Assembly: GCA_964357975.1 (NCBI GenBank)
Contig: CAYHNG010000006.1
Span: 487 to 64,486 of the forward strand
Length of the DNA: 64,000 nucleotides
From: an uncultured Pseudomonadales bacterium
GTDB taxonomy: Bacteria > Patescibacteriota > Microgenomatia > UBA1400 > MFAQ01
Direction of reading: 5' to 3'
Position 1 is the first letter of the stretch. Every line of letters starts with the position of its first letter. A program made the position numbers and the translations under genes. The notes below the pieces were generated by a model, which had not been told where the DNA came from, did no database searches, and worked only from the letters and a program-made list of their open reading frames with translations. Of this stretch, positions 18,119-27,947 are shown piece after piece.

Positions 18119-18829
18119 TTATATCGAAAAATCGGTCGAGTTCGCGTTGATTTTTTGGAGAATTTCTTCAGCTTCCTTCTTTCTAATAGACAGCTGGTGC
18201 TCGATGGAAATTTTAAGAGACTCACTGGCGATTTCCAGGGCTTTTTCTTTTTGACCTTCAAGAGCATATATCTTGGATAGTCCGTTCAAGGCTCCCGTCT
18301 CCCAAACTCTAATAGCATAAGCATTTAGGTCCCCGGTGCGTATCTCCGAAAGAGCTTCGCCAATAAGCGACTTGCCCAGCTCTTTTTCTCCCAGTAGATA
18401 CTTGATACCGCCGATATGAGCTTTGAGGCGACCTTTTTCGGGGAGGTCCGCCGTCGAGACGCTAAGAGCTTTCTCGAACAGTGGCAGTGATTCGCTTACC
18501 TTCCCATCCATGAGGAGGGCGTCCCCATAGGAACTGTAGGCAATAGAGAGAACGCGACCATCAAGCTTATCTGCATTGTGAACCCCGATGCGGTAAGCTT
18601 CGGAGGCAAATGAAATGGTGAGATTCTTATATGTTTGGTTTTGATTTTGACGGGAGAGTATTTTGTAGATGAGGCTTTGACCACCCAAACAATGAATGAG
18701 ACCGGCTTGATCATTGGCCGTAACAAGATCAAGAAGGCAATCGGTATATAACTTAGCGGCCTCGCCGTATTTTTCTGCCTCTCTTAAATCATTAGCCTCC
18801 GACAATCTTTTTTCCATGATTGCATCCAT
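18119..18829 (-). CDS. TPR-like helical repeat protein
   Basis: Repeated helical motifs (YGDALL..GK..ES...FEKAL). Confidence 0.75.
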   Translation of the reverse strand: MDAIMEKRLSEANDLREAEKYGEAAKLYTDCLLDLVTANDQAGLIHCLGGQSLIYKILSRQNQNQTYKNLTISFASEAYRIGVHNADKLDGRVLSIAYSSYGDALLMDGKVSESLPLFEKALSVSTADLPEKGRLKAHIGGIKYLLGEKELGKSLIGEALSEIRTGDLNAYAIRVWETGALNGLSKIYALEGQKEKALEIASESLKISIEHQLSIRKKEAEEILQKINANSTDFSI

Positions 18830-18855
18830 AGACTCTATGATAACATGGGACTAGT

Positions 18856-19182
18856 ATGCAGATGCCCATTGTGGTTGGAGTGATAGTGGCGATAATTTTT
18901 CTGATCTCTTTTTCGGAATGGTTTTATCACATGATAGAAGGATGGGGTGACATCGTCATTGATGATGTCTACTATAAATATCGAATTGTCGGGGTTTCCC
19001 TTTTTTCAATGATCATCGTGAGCACGACTTTTTTTGGAATGGCCTTGATCACTGAGTGTCCCAATGAACAAAGAGAGGGTATCCTTGCCGGACTAAGATG
19101 TGAAGAATATCTAAAAATAAAAGCCGGGACAGAAAAAATCTTTCCACAACTAGTGAAGGAACCGACTATTTTACCTGATTAG
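18856..19182 (+). CDS. small membrane protein
   Basis: Two hydrophobic segments. Confidence 0.6.
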   Translation: MQMPIVVGVIVAIIFLISFSEWFYHMIEGWGDIVIDDVYYKYRIVGVSLFSMIIVSTTFFGMALITECPNEQREGILAGLRCEEYLKIKAGTEKIFPQLVKEPTILPD

Positions 19183-19208
19183 GAGGAGAAGGTCGTAGTT
19201 AAAAAAAG

Positions 19209-19532
19209 CTAATGTTTGGTGAGAAGTTTTTCCAATATACGCAAAGCTTTGTCTACCCATTTTTCAAGAAAGAAACGGTTATCTTTCTGAAGGGCCGGGT
19301 GACCGAATACAGGATTCCACCAAGCTGAGGTAATGACCCAATCGCTTCCCTGCCGTTTGACGGCGGCGACAATTTTATAGCCCCGGATAACTTTGATGTG
19401 TTTGTGGGAACTAGTGGTTGAACTGGCTTGCACCTCGTCCGGAAATCTGACCGCCGAATCCACCCAATCGGGATTTAGACCCCGCTGTTTGATTCTTTCC
19501 CGCAAATGAGTAGTCCAGATAACCTTGCCCAT
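19209..19532 (-). CDS. DUF4258-like protein
   Basis: IWTTHLRERIKQRGL...VITSAW pattern. Confidence 0.65.
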   Translation of the reverse strand: MGKVIWTTHLRERIKQRGLNPDWVDSAVRFPDEVQASSTTSSHKHIKVIRGYKIVAAVKRQGSDWVITSAWWNPVFGHPALQKDNRFFLEKWVDKALRILEKLLTKH

Positions 19533-20749
19533 TATTTATTGAGTTTGACAAGATCGGGATCTTCTTGAAGAGGATTGGTGGGAGAGCTGGGGGGCAGCTC
19601 AACAGCAATTGAACCTGCTTCCAGGGGTGTATCTACCGGTGTCGGCACGGCGGTAACAGAAGGGACTGTTGCCGAAGGAGTATCAGTTTGCGGCACAACG
19701 TCAACCAAATGAACTCCGGAATCGGCGACCGGATTTTCGACCGCAACCGGTTCGGGTGAATCTATCTTCCCGGGTGTAATATCGATAACTCCCGAAGAAG
19801 TTTTTAGCTCCTGAGTGTCGATGACTGATTCCGACACAGTCGGAGCAACAGGTAAAGCCGGAGAGATATCTTCAACTTTCTCGGGGTGAACCTCTTCGGA
19901 ACTGCTAACTCCGGGTGTGATGTCGATGACGCCCGGTGTGTCGGGCAAGATATCGGGAGTGGTAGGGGGGGTAAAAGTGGATTGAGGTATCCCGGTTTGG
20001 GGAGTAATCATATCCGGATTTAGGTCGAGACCGATTTGAGGTGAGCCGCTGTCGTCCATATTTGTTATCTGATTAATATTTTTAATGCCGATATCCGGTA
20101 TTAGGGTATTCGGTAATAAGTTTATAACATATTCAACGACAGAAGCGACTTCGGAGGGGTCAAGAGCCTCGCTTAAATCTCTGTCAGCACCCTGTTTCTC
20201 AAAAAGTCCCGTCTTCATCAGTCCGGGGTAAATTCCGGTAACACCGATTTTGTCTCCGGCCAGGTCATTTTGGAGACAGTGGGTAAAACCGGTAATAGCC
20301 CATTTGGAGGCGGTATAAACACTCCGGTTTTCTTTCGCATGGAGACCATCTTGAGAAATGATATTGATGATCCGACCACCTTTGGCGGCTTTCATTGAAG
20401 GCAAGACGGACTTGGTGAGTAAAATGGTTCCGAGAGTATTGACGTTGATGACCTCTTGAATTTGCTTAACCTCGTTATCCTCCAAGCTACCCTGAATCCA
20501 GATACCGGCGTTATTGATTAGGACATCTATCTTTTGATATTTCTTCAAAACGGTATCAATAGCGGCACCTAAGGAAAGAGCATCCGTGACATCGGCCTCC
20601 ACAAAATCACAACCGATTTCTTTGGAGACAGTGACTAATTTTTCCCGATTGTGAGAAAGAATGATGACTTGATTTGAAGGTGAGAGTTTGGTGGCAATGG
20701 CCTTTCCCAGACCGTCGCTACCTCCTGAAATAAGAATTGTTTTGGGCAT
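19532..20749 (-). CDS. SDR oxidoreductase with a long disordered acidic/Pro-rich C-terminal extension
   Basis: SGGSDGLG, NNAG, YTASK; low-complexity tail after about aa 230. Confidence 0.88.
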   Translation of the reverse strand: MPKTILISGGSDGLGKAIATKLSPSNQVIILSHNREKLVTVSKEIGCDFVEADVTDALSLGAAIDTVLKKYQKIDVLINNAGIWIQGSLEDNEVKQIQEVINVNTLGTILLTKSVLPSMKAAKGGRIINIISQDGLHAKENRSVYTASKWAITGFTHCLQNDLAGDKIGVTGIYPGLMKTGLFEKQGADRDLSEALDPSEVASVVEYVINLLPNTLIPDIGIKNINQITNMDDSGSPQIGLDLNPDMITPQTGIPQSTFTPPTTPDILPDTPGVIDITPGVSSSEEVHPEKVEDISPALPVAPTVSESVIDTQELKTSSGVIDITPGKIDSPEPVAVENPVADSGVHLVDVVPQTDTPSATVPSVTAVPTPVDTPLEAGSIAVELPPSSPTNPLQEDPDLVKLNK

Positions 20750-20751
20750 GA

Positions 20752-22650
20752 TTAAAATGTTTGAATTGGTTGAGGAGGGAGAGGAACTCTGGGAGGAAGA
20801 AGCACCGGCGCTCGTCTTCTTTTGGAATCGATGTAATTACTAATGCCAAGTGCAATGATCATGAGAAGTGAAAAAATCATCAAGCCACCGGAAACACCAA
20901 TGTATAGCTGTCTTTGAACTCTCGTAAACCTGGGTGTCCGGTCCTCCACTCCACCAATTTTGGAGATGGTTTCCTGGAGATAACGACGGGCGGTAGGATG
21001 ATCGGGGTAAAGAGAAAGGACTTTTTCAAAATCGGTTTTGGCCAGCTTGAAATAGGATATCCAATAGTTATTTAAACCACTTTTCCAAACGGAATAGGTG
21101 TTGCCGGAATCTTCGGTAAGATTATTTTTGAGCATTAAATCTTTGAGATCTGCAATGTCTCTTAAAAAATTATAGTTGCCGCCTCCTTCGTCCGGAGTTA
21201 GGCCGTAAGTTGCGAGTCCGACCACTTTACCGTCGGCAGAGACGGCCGGCCCGCCACTGTTGCCGTGATTGATGGAAGCATCTGTTTGAATTAAATTTTT
21301 CTTATTACCCTTGGCTTGTTTAAAAGCACTGACGACACCTTTGGTAAAAGTGGGTTCGACGTTGGCTGAGGTGTCCAGTAAGACACTGCTGCTACCCATA
21401 ACCACTCCCGGATAACCAACCAGCAACAAGCCGGAGCCAACACCAATATCGGCCATTTTTCCCAACGGAAGGGCGGGGAAATTGGTTCCGTTGATCTTTA
21501 ACAAAGCTACATCCGAAGTGGTGAACCCTAGTGTGGGATCCGGCTCAGCATAATCTGAGGCAACCAGAGAAGCCGTAACGATCCCCGAGCCTACATTGAC
21601 GCCGGTCTTGGAAAGTTGAATTGGAGTGTTCCCTAGCTGGACAAAAAAATGACTTTCGGCAGCCTCGAGGGTGATTAAATTTTTCTTGTACATCTGTCCA
21701 ATTAAGCCAGCTACTTGGTAGATGGTTTCTTTTTTGGTATGAGCTTCTTTGACTTTGGTCTCAACCACAATTCTCTCGACCGGAGCGCCAGCCAATGTGG
21801 AATAATAAGCCAGAAGAGAATCGGTCAATAAATCATCGAGTCTTCCGGTGGTTACGGCATAAAAAATGGAAGTTTCCGGAAGATTACTGACAACATGTCC
21901 ATTGGTGGCGATATAACCGTCCTGGTGGACGAAGAAACCACTTCCGGCTTGGGCCAAGCAAAAAGGATAAGCTTTGTCGGAAAATTTGGCTTGGGCACAG
22001 AAATTGTTGAGGATCATGACCACCGAAGGCCGAACCAGCGCCGCGAGACGGGCCGAATCGTCCGGGGTAGAAACCCCTTTGACTACTCCGTTGCCGACCA
22101 GAAGGGTAACGTGGGAAATGATTTCCTGAATATCTCCCCAAGCGGAATTATCCGATGTAACAGTCAGCAAACTAAGATTATCAGCGTGAAACCACACATC
22201 GACAAACTTCTCTTCGCCCAGAAACCTGAAGGAGTAACTTTGAATAGTCCAATCCGGGAATGGCGACTTCGCGCCACCGAGTGATTTGGGAGTAGAAAAT
22301 TCCGAACCAAGAATCTGATTCAATCGAGCGAGATCAATTTTCCCGCTACTTATTCTAAGGGTAAGAGGCTTGGTTTGATGAGAAAATACCGGAACATTAT
22401 CTTGTGGGGGAAACCAGATGGCGGAATTGTATTTGACGATAACCGGAAGATTTTGTGAGTAGCCGTCCCAAGAGGTTTCGTTAGGAACCGGTTTTTCCGC
22501 CGGTAAGGCCGGCTGAAGATTATCGGCAAGACCGGTAGCTGCACGACTGGAAAGATCTTTTTGATCATCAAGAACCAAAAGAGCCAAACCGATAGATGAT
22601 AGGAAAAAAGTCAAAACAAACAAACCAATTAATCCTTTCTTGGGATTCAT
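20752..22650 (-). CDS. membrane-anchored trypsin-like (HtrA/S1C) serine protease without PDZ
   Basis: TNGHVV, DVALLKI, QTDASINHGNSGGP; TM helices at both ends. Confidence 0.88.
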   Translation of the reverse strand: MNPKKGLIGLFVLTFFLSSIGLALLVLDDQKDLSSRAATGLADNLQPALPAEKPVPNETSWDGYSQNLPVIVKYNSAIWFPPQDNVPVFSHQTKPLTLRISSGKIDLARLNQILGSEFSTPKSLGGAKSPFPDWTIQSYSFRFLGEEKFVDVWFHADNLSLLTVTSDNSAWGDIQEIISHVTLLVGNGVVKGVSTPDDSARLAALVRPSVVMILNNFCAQAKFSDKAYPFCLAQAGSGFFVHQDGYIATNGHVVSNLPETSIFYAVTTGRLDDLLTDSLLAYYSTLAGAPVERIVVETKVKEAHTKKETIYQVAGLIGQMYKKNLITLEAAESHFFVQLGNTPIQLSKTGVNVGSGIVTASLVASDYAEPDPTLGFTTSDVALLKINGTNFPALPLGKMADIGVGSGLLLVGYPGVVMGSSSVLLDTSANVEPTFTKGVVSAFKQAKGNKKNLIQTDASINHGNSGGPAVSADGKVVGLATYGLTPDEGGGNYNFLRDIADLKDLMLKNNLTEDSGNTYSVWKSGLNNYWISYFKLAKTDFEKVLSLYPDHPTARRYLQETISKIGGVEDRTPRFTRVQRQLYIGVSGGLMIFSLLMIIALGISNYIDSKRRRAPVLLPPRVPLPPQPIQTF

Positions 22651-22720
22651 AATTTAAGTATACTTCGAAATTATCCCCGCAAGAAATGCTAGTAGTTGAG
22701 GGTGCTGAATAACTTCGCCC

Positions 22721-22792
22721 TGTCATCCTCGCGAATGCGGGGATCTATATAAATAAGTTCCAGATGGATTCCCGATCAGGTCGGGAATGACA
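22721..22792. repeat. GTCAT-type paired palindromic element
   Basis: TGTCATCCTCGCGAATGCGGGGATC...GATTCCCGATCAGGTCGGGAATGACA. Confidence 0.75.
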
Positions 22793-22815
22793 AATAAATA
22801 TATTATTCAACAGCC

Positions 22816-23064
22816 TCAGTAGTTTAGGTTGGATTTAGGAACTGGGGAGATCGGTTGGACGGGAGAGGTGGAAGAAGCTTCAGCGGAAGGACTGGCAACG
22901 GGAGAAAGAGAAATTGTAGGTGTGGTTTCCGCCGGGGAGAGGGTTGGAATAGCCTCCGGAAAATCATAGGTCTGGGAAGTAGTTTTTGGGCCGGTCCAAA
23001 ATATGGCAATGGCCACCCAGACAAGAACAATTAACGAAATGATGATCCAAGTAAGGTTTCTCAT
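22816..23064 (-). CDS. small membrane-anchored Pro/Ser/Thr-rich protein
   Basis: Likely ATG at 23064 (MRNLTWIIISL...) just after a TATACT box. Confidence 0.65.
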   Translation of the reverse strand: MRNLTWIIISLIVLVWVAIAIFWTGPKTTSQTYDFPEAIPTLSPAETTPTISLSPVASPSAEASSTSPVQPISPVPKSNLNY

Positions 23065-23120
23065 AATAAAAGTATACCCTGCCACAAAAGACCAAGATTG
23101 CTCTTGGTCTATTATAATTT

Positions 23121-24101
23121 TTAGACACTGACTCCGCCGAAGGTAATAGAAAGTCCCACACTGCGGACCTTGAGGTGGATGGTTTTTTCGGAACCAAACT
23201 CGATGAGTTTGCCGAAGTCGATACCGTTGATTTGACAAAGTGCTTTCCGACCAAGAACAGATACTTTCACCTGATTCCAGCTGTTGGGGTGAAAAACTAA
23301 CGAAGAAGGATCGAGATGGGTTTGATACTCCCCATTTAATTTGATGGACTTACCAATAAGGCGTTTGTCTTTATCAAAAGTCAGGACCCAACCATTGTTG
23401 TCGTCCAGACAAATCTCCAAAGCGTTGCTAAACTTTCCCGGTACCGGGTTTTCGGAAAGATAAAAATGAAAAACCATAAACTGGCCCGGAAGCAAACTTG
23501 CAAGAACGTTGCTATAGAGGAAGTGATCCGTGATGGCCTTGAGAGGAAAAAGGTTTCCCTTACCATTAGTTACACCATAGTTCCAATCGAGGTTTTGCAC
23601 CGGCTGAGAATTATTTTGGGAGCTCGGCGAAGTAGCCGGTGGTTTGGCGGGCCGGTTAGTGGAAGCCGGTGTACCGGTAGACTTGGAGACACCGGGTGGA
23701 GGAGTGACTGGGCGTTTGGGTGAAGTATTCGGCTTACCGGCGAGAGGTGGTTTGGTCTCGAGCGGACGACCATCGCCGGAAACAATAGTCAAAGTCGTCT
23801 CTTTGGGGTGCTTATATTCGACTAAGGTTCGACCTTTGGCCAGACAGGAACTACAAATATAGGGCGATCCTTGATAGGGAATATTGTATTTCCAGATGAA
23901 ATCGGCCAGAACCACACCAAGACAGTCGATATAACCCGAAAAAGTATCCAAGGCCATCCAGTTCTCACAGCGATCACACTTGAAAGTACAATCCATGATG
24001 CTATCTCGATCAAGAGCCATACAGGTCGGACAGTAAATTGCCTGATATGGATTGGGGACTTCCTTGCGGCACCTTACACAGTAGAGCGGCTTCTGGCTCA
24101 T
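23121..24101 (-). CDS. hypothetical protein: Cys-rich zinc-binding N-terminus, Pro-rich linker, beta-rich C-terminus
   Basis: Four CxxC pairs; AAGGAG RBS. Confidence 0.75.
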   Translation of the reverse strand: MSQKPLYCVRCRKEVPNPYQAIYCPTCMALDRDSIMDCTFKCDRCENWMALDTFSGYIDCLGVVLADFIWKYNIPYQGSPYICSSCLAKGRTLVEYKHPKETTLTIVSGDGRPLETKPPLAGKPNTSPKRPVTPPPGVSKSTGTPASTNRPAKPPATSPSSQNNSQPVQNLDWNYGVTNGKGNLFPLKAITDHFLYSNVLASLLPGQFMVFHFYLSENPVPGKFSNALEICLDDNNGWVLTFDKDKRLIGKSIKLNGEYQTHLDPSSLVFHPNSWNQVKVSVLGRKALCQINGIDFGKLIEFGSEKTIHLKVRSVGLSITFGGVSV

Positions 24102-24138
24102 ACAGTTCTCCTTGTAAAAGAACGGAATAAGTACCCGA

Positions 24139-24607
24139 TTATTTTACCACTGCGATCTTGTTTGAGATTATCTTGTTTTCGGTTAAGAAATGACTAACTT
24201 CGGCAATGGTATTTTCCGGCAATTCCTTAAAAAAACCATGTCGATCGGCACCTTTGTCGAGACTGATGTTACTGTTCATGGGAACACAGAGAAAAACGAG
24301 GGAGACCGAGTAACCGAATCCTCTTTCTTTTTCTTCACTAAAATATTCAATATAGCCCAGATGCTTTTGCGCTATGACCGGTATATTAAGCTCTTCTTTG
24401 GCTATTCTTTGAATGCAATCGGCAATCTTTTCCTGATAGTGAACACTGCCACCGGGAAGATGCCACTGGTTCACCGCCATCCGAATTTCTGAGAGTAAAC
24501 AGAATCCCCTCCTTGTTTCTAATAACGAGATCTATGGTAAGGCGAGTAACCCGAGAATAGATCGACTTGAATTCTTCATAAGGAAAGGGTTGTTTCCTTT
24601 GTTTCAT
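24139..24607 (-). pseudogene. frameshifted NUDIX hydrolase
   Basis: N-terminal half (RLTIDLVIRNKEGILFTLR) is in one frame and the Nudix box (WHLPGG...E...RIAKEEL) in another; shift near 24470-24480. Confidence 0.8.
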
Positions 24608-24631
24608 ATATAACCTGCTTTCTTTATCGAC

Positions 24632-25222
24632 TTATTTTATTTCCTCACTCATATCAAGAATATCAACCGGTAGATTGTCCTCAATTCCCTCTTTCAACAT
24701 TTTTCTGGCTTGCCAAAACTCAGGTGGAATTTTCAGGTCCCCAATTATTTCGGCTCCTTCGGAGACTGTAACCAGTTTTGCAAGGCTAAAACCCGGTTGT
24801 TCGCACTCGATTATTTCGCCGGGTTGGTCATTTTCTTTCAGGGCGTATAGACACATCAACTCTCCTTGATGAACTTGCAAAGAAAAGCTAACTTCCTTAA
24901 CCGAAGAATCATATTTATAGACAGCGAGTCCGTCGGAAGTAATGTGAAATAGTAAGAATTTCCCCTGCTGAATATTTTCGTCAAAAACATGATCAGTCTC
25001 CACATATTGGGGCTCCGTCATACTTCCCGGCATGAATTCTATCAGGGATCCATCGACTATTTCCGCAGATACATCTTGATATTTCCAGGTTTTGAATCTG
25101 ACTCCCAAAACACCCTCGATTGTTGTCCATTCACTGACGACAATTGGACCGGAGAATTCTTCACTGGCGATGACACTACCATCAGGACTTTCAAAATTTA
25201 TTTTGTTTTCTTGGTTAGTCAT
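24632..25222 (-). CDS. hypothetical protein, acidic and beta-rich
   Basis: 196-aa ORF downstream of secA. Confidence 0.7.
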   Translation of the reverse strand: MTNQENKINFESPDGSVIASEEFSGPIVVSEWTTIEGVLGVRFKTWKYQDVSAEIVDGSLIEFMPGSMTEPQYVETDHVFDENIQQGKFLLFHITSDGLAVYKYDSSVKEVSFSLQVHQGELMCLYALKENDQPGEIIECEQPGFSLAKLVTVSEGAEIIGDLKIPPEFWQARKMLKEGIEDNLPVDILDMSEEIK

Positions 25223-25229
25223 GTTTATC

Positions 25230-27887
25230 TCAGCCTAGTTTTGGGTAATGGCAGGCTTTCCATTTTTTGCCGCTGCCACACCAGCAAGGATCGTTGCGAC
25301 CTAATTTGGTGGTATTTTTGATAGATTGCCTACCCGCCGCCTGGCCAGGCAAAGACGAAGACATGTCGGTGTCTGAAGATGATTTTTCGATGGTGCGACG
25401 TGGAGTCGGTTGAGGAACGTTTATCTGCACTCTAAAAATCCGATGGGCAACAGTCGAGTCGATCCGAGACAATAAACTTTCGAACATGGAAAAAGATTCT
25501 TGTTTGTATTCCACCAAAGGATCTTTTTGAGCATAACCCCGCAAACCAATGCCATCGCGAAGATTGTCGATGGCGTCAAGATGGTTCATCCAAAGTTCGT
25601 CATAGGTTTCCAAAAGAACATATCTTTCCACTTGAGGTAGAACTTCTTGACCAAAATGTTCTTTTTGAGCCGTTCTGGCTTGAAGAATAATTTTTCCGAG
25701 CATGGTCTGGACTTCCTCGCCGGTTTTTCCGACCAGGTTTTTTTCCAGAGAGTCGGCCGAATGAGGATCGAGGGGAAGAATACTTTGAAAATCTTTTCCG
25801 ATCTGATCTGCCTCGATTTTGTTGATGCCGGAGGCGGCATAGATATTGGCCAGATAATCGATTTCTTTGGCTAGAGCTTGGTCGACTTGAGTGGTAACCA
25901 CCTCCGGTCCGCCGGTTAAAAGATTGTGTCGCCGGGCATAAAAAATTTGACGTTGCTTGTTCATGACATCGTCGTAATCAACCAAATGTTTTCGTTGGTC
26001 AAAATAGAAAGATTCGACTTTGGTTTGAGCAGTTTCGATGGCTTTGGTAACCATACCTGCCTCCAGTGGTTGATCGTCCGGCACTTTGAGAAAATCCATA
26101 AGACGGCTCACCTGATCCCCCCCGAAAATGCGCATGATGTCGTCCTCTAGGGAAATATAAAATCGAGTGGATCCGGGGTCCCCCTGTCGACCGGCGCGGC
26201 CACGTAGCTGATTATCGATACGGCGAGATTCATGACGGACAGCTCCAATGATGTGCAGGCCACCAAGCTCTCTGACGTTGTCGGCCTCCTTCTTCCACTC
26301 TTTGAGCTCTCTGCCTTGCGGGTCTCCACCGAGCATTATATCCACACCGCGACCGGCTATATTGGTGGCCACAGTAACCGCATTCAATCTCCCGGCTTCG
26401 GAAATGATCATCGCTTCGTTCTCGTGGTTCTTGGCGTTAAGGATTTGGTGAGGAATGTGTTTCTTTTTTAGATACTGGCCGACGACATCGTTTTGCTCGA
26501 TGGATTTGGTACCGATAAGAACAGGCTGACCTTTGGCATGAAACTCTGCCACTTCGGCTACCAAAGCTCCGTATTTTGCCCGTTGTGTTTTGTAAATTAT
26601 GTCTGAGTAGTCCTCACGGACATTGGGTTTGTTGGTAGGGATAATCAGAACGTTCAAATTATAAATCTTCTTGAACTCTTCAGCTTCAGTGGCGGCTGTC
26701 CCGGTCATGCCGGAGAGCTTTTTGTAAAGTCTGAAATAGTTCTGGAGAGAAATGGTGGCCATCGTCCTCGATTCTTGCTGTATCTTCACCCCTTCTTTGG
26801 CCTCGATTGCTTGATGAAGTCCGTCGGAATAGCGGCGACCGAACATAAGACGCCCGGTATGGTCATCGACAATAATGACTTGATCGTCTTTAACTACATA
26901 ATCCCGGTCTTTGACAAAGAGAGTTTGGGCTTTGAGAGCTTGTTCCAAGTGGTGTAAGGTCTGATAGTCTTGTTGATACAGATTTTCCACATTGAGAGTT
27001 TTCTCCAGTTTGCGGAGACCGTGATCGGTAAGATTAGCAGTTCGCTGTTTTTCATCGACTTCAAAATCGGTATCAGTTGAAAGATTTCTAATAAGTTCCG
27101 AAAAACGGAAATACTGATCGGTAGCTTCCGAGTCCGGGGCAGAAATAATCAGAGGGGTGCGGGCTTCGTCGATAAGAATCGAGTCGACTTCATCAACAAT
27201 GGCAAAGTGGTGCGGGCGTTGAACAAGTTGCTCCGGAGTCTTCGCCATGTTGTCACGGAGGTAGTCAAAACCAAATTCGTTGTTGGTGCCGTAGGTAATA
27301 TCGCAAGCGTAAGCTTGGGTTCTCGTGACCGGTTTAAGATGGTGAAGCCGGTGATCTGAGTGTGAAGAATCGGTATATTCTCGATCATACATAACCGCCG
27401 GCTGATCACCTTGACCGGAATAAATACAACCAACGGTCAGTCCGAGAAAGTCGTAAATCTGACCCATCCATCCGGCATGAAGCCTGGCAAGATAATCATT
27501 TACAGTCACCAGGTGTGCTCCTTCTCCGGTGAGAGCATTAAGGATCATGGCGGGTACTGCTGACAAAGTTTTGCCTTCACCAGTTTTTTGCTCAGCGATA
27601 TTTCCTTGATGAAAGGCAATGCCGGCGATCAGTTGAACATCATAAGGCCTCAGCCCCAAAGTACGAGAAGAGGCTTCTCTCGTCAGGGCAAAGACTTGTG
27701 GCAAGACGTCGTCCAGAGTTTTTCCCCCTTTCAACTCTTCTCTTATCTGGGCAATTTCCGGCTTGAACTCATCGTCTTTTAGACCTTTGGCCCAGTCTTC
27801 CAGATCGCTAATGGTAGCAACGATTTTTTTGATCTTCTCGATTTCGATTTTGTTAGGATTAAGAATAGAGTCTAGAAATGAAAACAT
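25230..27887 (-). CDS. secA: preprotein translocase subunit SecA
   Basis: KTGEGKT, DEVDSILIDEARTPLIIS, QLRGRAGRQGDPG, C-terminal GRNDPCWCGSGKKWKACH. Confidence 0.98.
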   Translation of the reverse strand: MFSFLDSILNPNKIEIEKIKKIVATISDLEDWAKGLKDDEFKPEIAQIREELKGGKTLDDVLPQVFALTREASSRTLGLRPYDVQLIAGIAFHQGNIAEQKTGEGKTLSAVPAMILNALTGEGAHLVTVNDYLARLHAGWMGQIYDFLGLTVGCIYSGQGDQPAVMYDREYTDSSHSDHRLHHLKPVTRTQAYACDITYGTNNEFGFDYLRDNMAKTPEQLVQRPHHFAIVDEVDSILIDEARTPLIISAPDSEATDQYFRFSELIRNLSTDTDFEVDEKQRTANLTDHGLRKLEKTLNVENLYQQDYQTLHHLEQALKAQTLFVKDRDYVVKDDQVIIVDDHTGRLMFGRRYSDGLHQAIEAKEGVKIQQESRTMATISLQNYFRLYKKLSGMTGTAATEAEEFKKIYNLNVLIIPTNKPNVREDYSDIIYKTQRAKYGALVAEVAEFHAKGQPVLIGTKSIEQNDVVGQYLKKKHIPHQILNAKNHENEAMIISEAGRLNAVTVATNIAGRGVDIMLGGDPQGRELKEWKKEADNVRELGGLHIIGAVRHESRRIDNQLRGRAGRQGDPGSTRFYISLEDDIMRIFGGDQVSRLMDFLKVPDDQPLEAGMVTKAIETAQTKVESFYFDQRKHLVDYDDVMNKQRQIFYARRHNLLTGGPEVVTTQVDQALAKEIDYLANIYAASGINKIEADQIGKDFQSILPLDPHSADSLEKNLVGKTGEEVQTMLGKIILQARTAQKEHFGQEVLPQVERYVLLETYDELWMNHLDAIDNLRDGIGLRGYAQKDPLVEYKQESFSMFESLLSRIDSTVAHRIFRVQINVPQPTPRRTIEKSSSDTDMSSSLPGQAAGRQSIKNTTKLGRNDPCWCGSGKKWKACHYPKLG

Positions 27888-27916
27888 AGCAGATTGATTA
27901 TATAGCTAAATGACCG

Positions 27917-27943
27917 GATCGCCACGCTACGCTCGCGATGACG
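27917..27943. repeat. short copy of the GATTGCC...CTCGCAATGAC repeat family
   Basis: GATCGCCACGCTACGCTCGCGATGACG. Confidence 0.6.
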
Positions 27944-27947
27944 ATAT

